Shown in pieces: positions 63,172-64,000 of a DNA stretch of 64,000 nucleotides (positions are counted from its first letter, which is position 1; each line of letters opens with the position of its first letter). The translations under genes were made by a program, and so were the position numbers. Under the pieces are notes generated by a model. The model searched no databases. It was not told the origin of the DNA and saw only the letters and a program-made list of their open reading frames with translations. Origin of the DNA: Anthoceros angustus (taxonomy: Eukaryota; Plantae; Anthocerotophyta); the NCBI GenBank assembly GCA_010909165.1, contig MU008197.1, positions 186,001-250,000 of the forward strand, in the 5' to 3' direction.

Positions 63172-63945
63172 AAGAACAGAGGAGCACAATATTCATCGAG
63201 CAGTATTACGCCATGAAGTGTTTCCTACAGACGAGGAAGAGTTGACCACCAAACCACACAAAGCGTGGACATCCGGTTTTGCCAAAGAGATGGCGGCGGG
63301 GAGATCGATTAAGCCCGGGGCATAGCGCTACACTTGGTTCAAGGAACATGCGCACCCATCGACCTTCAAGACTTGAGTCAATCAGGGCCGGAAGAAGAAG
63401 GAGAAAGATGGCAAAAAGGTCCGGATAACCCTAAGAACAGAGGAGCACAATATTCATCGAATCAGACATGTGCCATGAAGTGTTTCATGCATTTGAGGAA
63501 GAGTTGACCACCAAACCACACAAACGTGACATCCGTTTTTGCCAAAGAGATGGCGGGGAGATGCCTGTGTGGCCGCAACGCTACACTTGGTTCAAGGAAC
63601 ATGCGCACCCATCGACCTTCAAGACTTGAGTCAATCGCAAGAAGAAGGAGAAAGATGGCAAAAAGGTCCATAACCCTAAGAACATGTAAGGAAAGAAGAG
63701 CTAAGACCAAGAAAGCGACCTACTTGGGACAACCAACATCAGGAGGCGTTTGGGTTTGGCGAGTCCCAAGGTGGAGAAAGCCATATCTTCCTCTTGCTTT
63801 TACGATCCATAGCGGCTGCAGAGAGCGATGACATCGTCGTCCGAGACGCTTGGGTTTGGCGAGTCCCAAGGTGGAGAAACGCCATATCTTCCTCTTGCTA
63901 TTTACGATCCGCAACTACCGCAAGAGAACGATGACATCGTCGTCC
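63172..63945. repeat. Imperfect tandem duplications (~260 bp x2 and ~100 bp x2)
   Basis: aagaacagaggagcacaatattcatcga at about 63172 and 63433; tgggtttggcgagtcccaaggtggagaaa at about 63751 and 63851. Confidence 0.85.
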
Positions 63946-64000
63946 CGAGGAAAGACAACATTCGCCAAACTAGCTAGAAACATAGACCGATGTCAATTGT

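Overview
Eukaryotic, land-plant genomic DNA. The dense genes with very short GT-AG introns suggest a compact lycophyte genome such as Selaginella (inference). 0.6-11.4 kb holds four intact-looking host genes: SBDS, a WAT1/UMAMIT transporter, a conserved unknown protein and plastid HisHF. 12097-33460 is one 21.4-kb DNA transposon, bounded by TATGG...CCATA terminal inverted repeats and a perfect 6-bp GGCGCC target-site duplication. It carries a spliced IS3/integrase-type DDE transposase, a HECT E3-ligase-like gene, further orphan ORFs, satellites and a nested repeat, which matches the IS3EU superfamily. 33.9-39.9 kb holds a GNA-type lectin, a DUF1995 plastid protein and two secreted cystine-knot-like precursors. 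41-48 kb is Ty1/Copia debris. 52-61 kb is tandemly duplicated copies of an orphan-ORF repeat. About 61.2-63.2 kb is a frameshifted gene with a ParB-like domain followed by a prokaryote-type beta-class N4C/N6A DNA methyltransferase domain. Repeat regions are indel-rich, possibly from unpolished long-read consensus, so the frameshifts may not be real. All family calls are by eye from motifs; no searches were run.
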